From the NCBI RefSeq assembly GCF_006345805.1, contig NC_043010.1:56668001-56732000 (forward strand): a DNA stretch of 64,000 nucleotides. Reading direction: 5' to 3'. Under the pieces are notes generated by a model. It worked only from the letters and a program-made list of their open reading frames with translations, searched no databases and was not told where the DNA came from. The position numbers and the translations under genes were made by a program. This stretch comes from Octopus sinensis. Taxonomy: Eukaryota. This document shows positions 63,764-64,000 of this stretch, one piece after another. Numbering within the stretch: the first letter of the stretch is position 1; each line of letters begins with the position of its first letter.

Positions 63764-64000
63764 TGACAGATGCCCAAAAGAAACCGGAATTTTGCAATGT
63801 TATTTTATTCACTTAGTTTTACATGTTTACACTTTTATCGTCTTCAAAGTATTCTCTATTTGAAGCAATGCATTGGTTCAGACATGTTTTCCACTGTTCA
63901 AAGCAGTGCTGGAACTCTTGTGAAGTAATACATTTTAACGCTTCTGTCATTTTATTCTTCACCTCTTCCATATCTGCAAATTTCAAAGTGCCAGCTTTCA
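63764..64000 (-). mobile_element. mariner transposase C-terminus and 3' TIR (continues beyond the window)
   Basis: Minus strand FADMEEVKNKMTEALKCITSQEFQHCFEQWKTCLNQCIASNREYFEDD. TA at 63762-63 followed by TIR-like TGACAGATGCCCAAAAGAAACCGGAA. Confidence 0.8.

Overview
AT-rich eukaryotic genomic DNA that is mostly intronic or intergenic and packed with transposon debris. The repeat families resemble those of Octopus/coleoid cephalopods (RTE LINE ends with (GAT)n tails, tRNA-headed SINEs, very dense TA/CA/TAGA microsatellites); this attribution is an inference from memory, not a database result. No intact multi-exon gene can be named. Supportable content: at least five large RTE-clade LINE copies plus many 3'-end fragments; two CR1-group LINEs (one young); a Ty3/gypsy remnant with LTR and PBS; a Tc1 element with IR/DR ends; a hAT deletion derivative with a perfect 8-bp TSD; an internally deleted Helitron; maT-like and mariner fragments; several SINE families; a 6.8-kb G-free 16-bp minisatellite; and a 67-bp VNTR. 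A few small + strand exon candidates and a CpG-retaining, promoter-like island near 36.2-38.1 kb suggest host genes. The most unusual items are two long fold-back structures (6220-6358 and 47073-47302) whose arm differences favour G:U pairing on the + strand. I found no clearly new multi-gene system. Repeat boundaries without a stated TSD or TIR are approximate.
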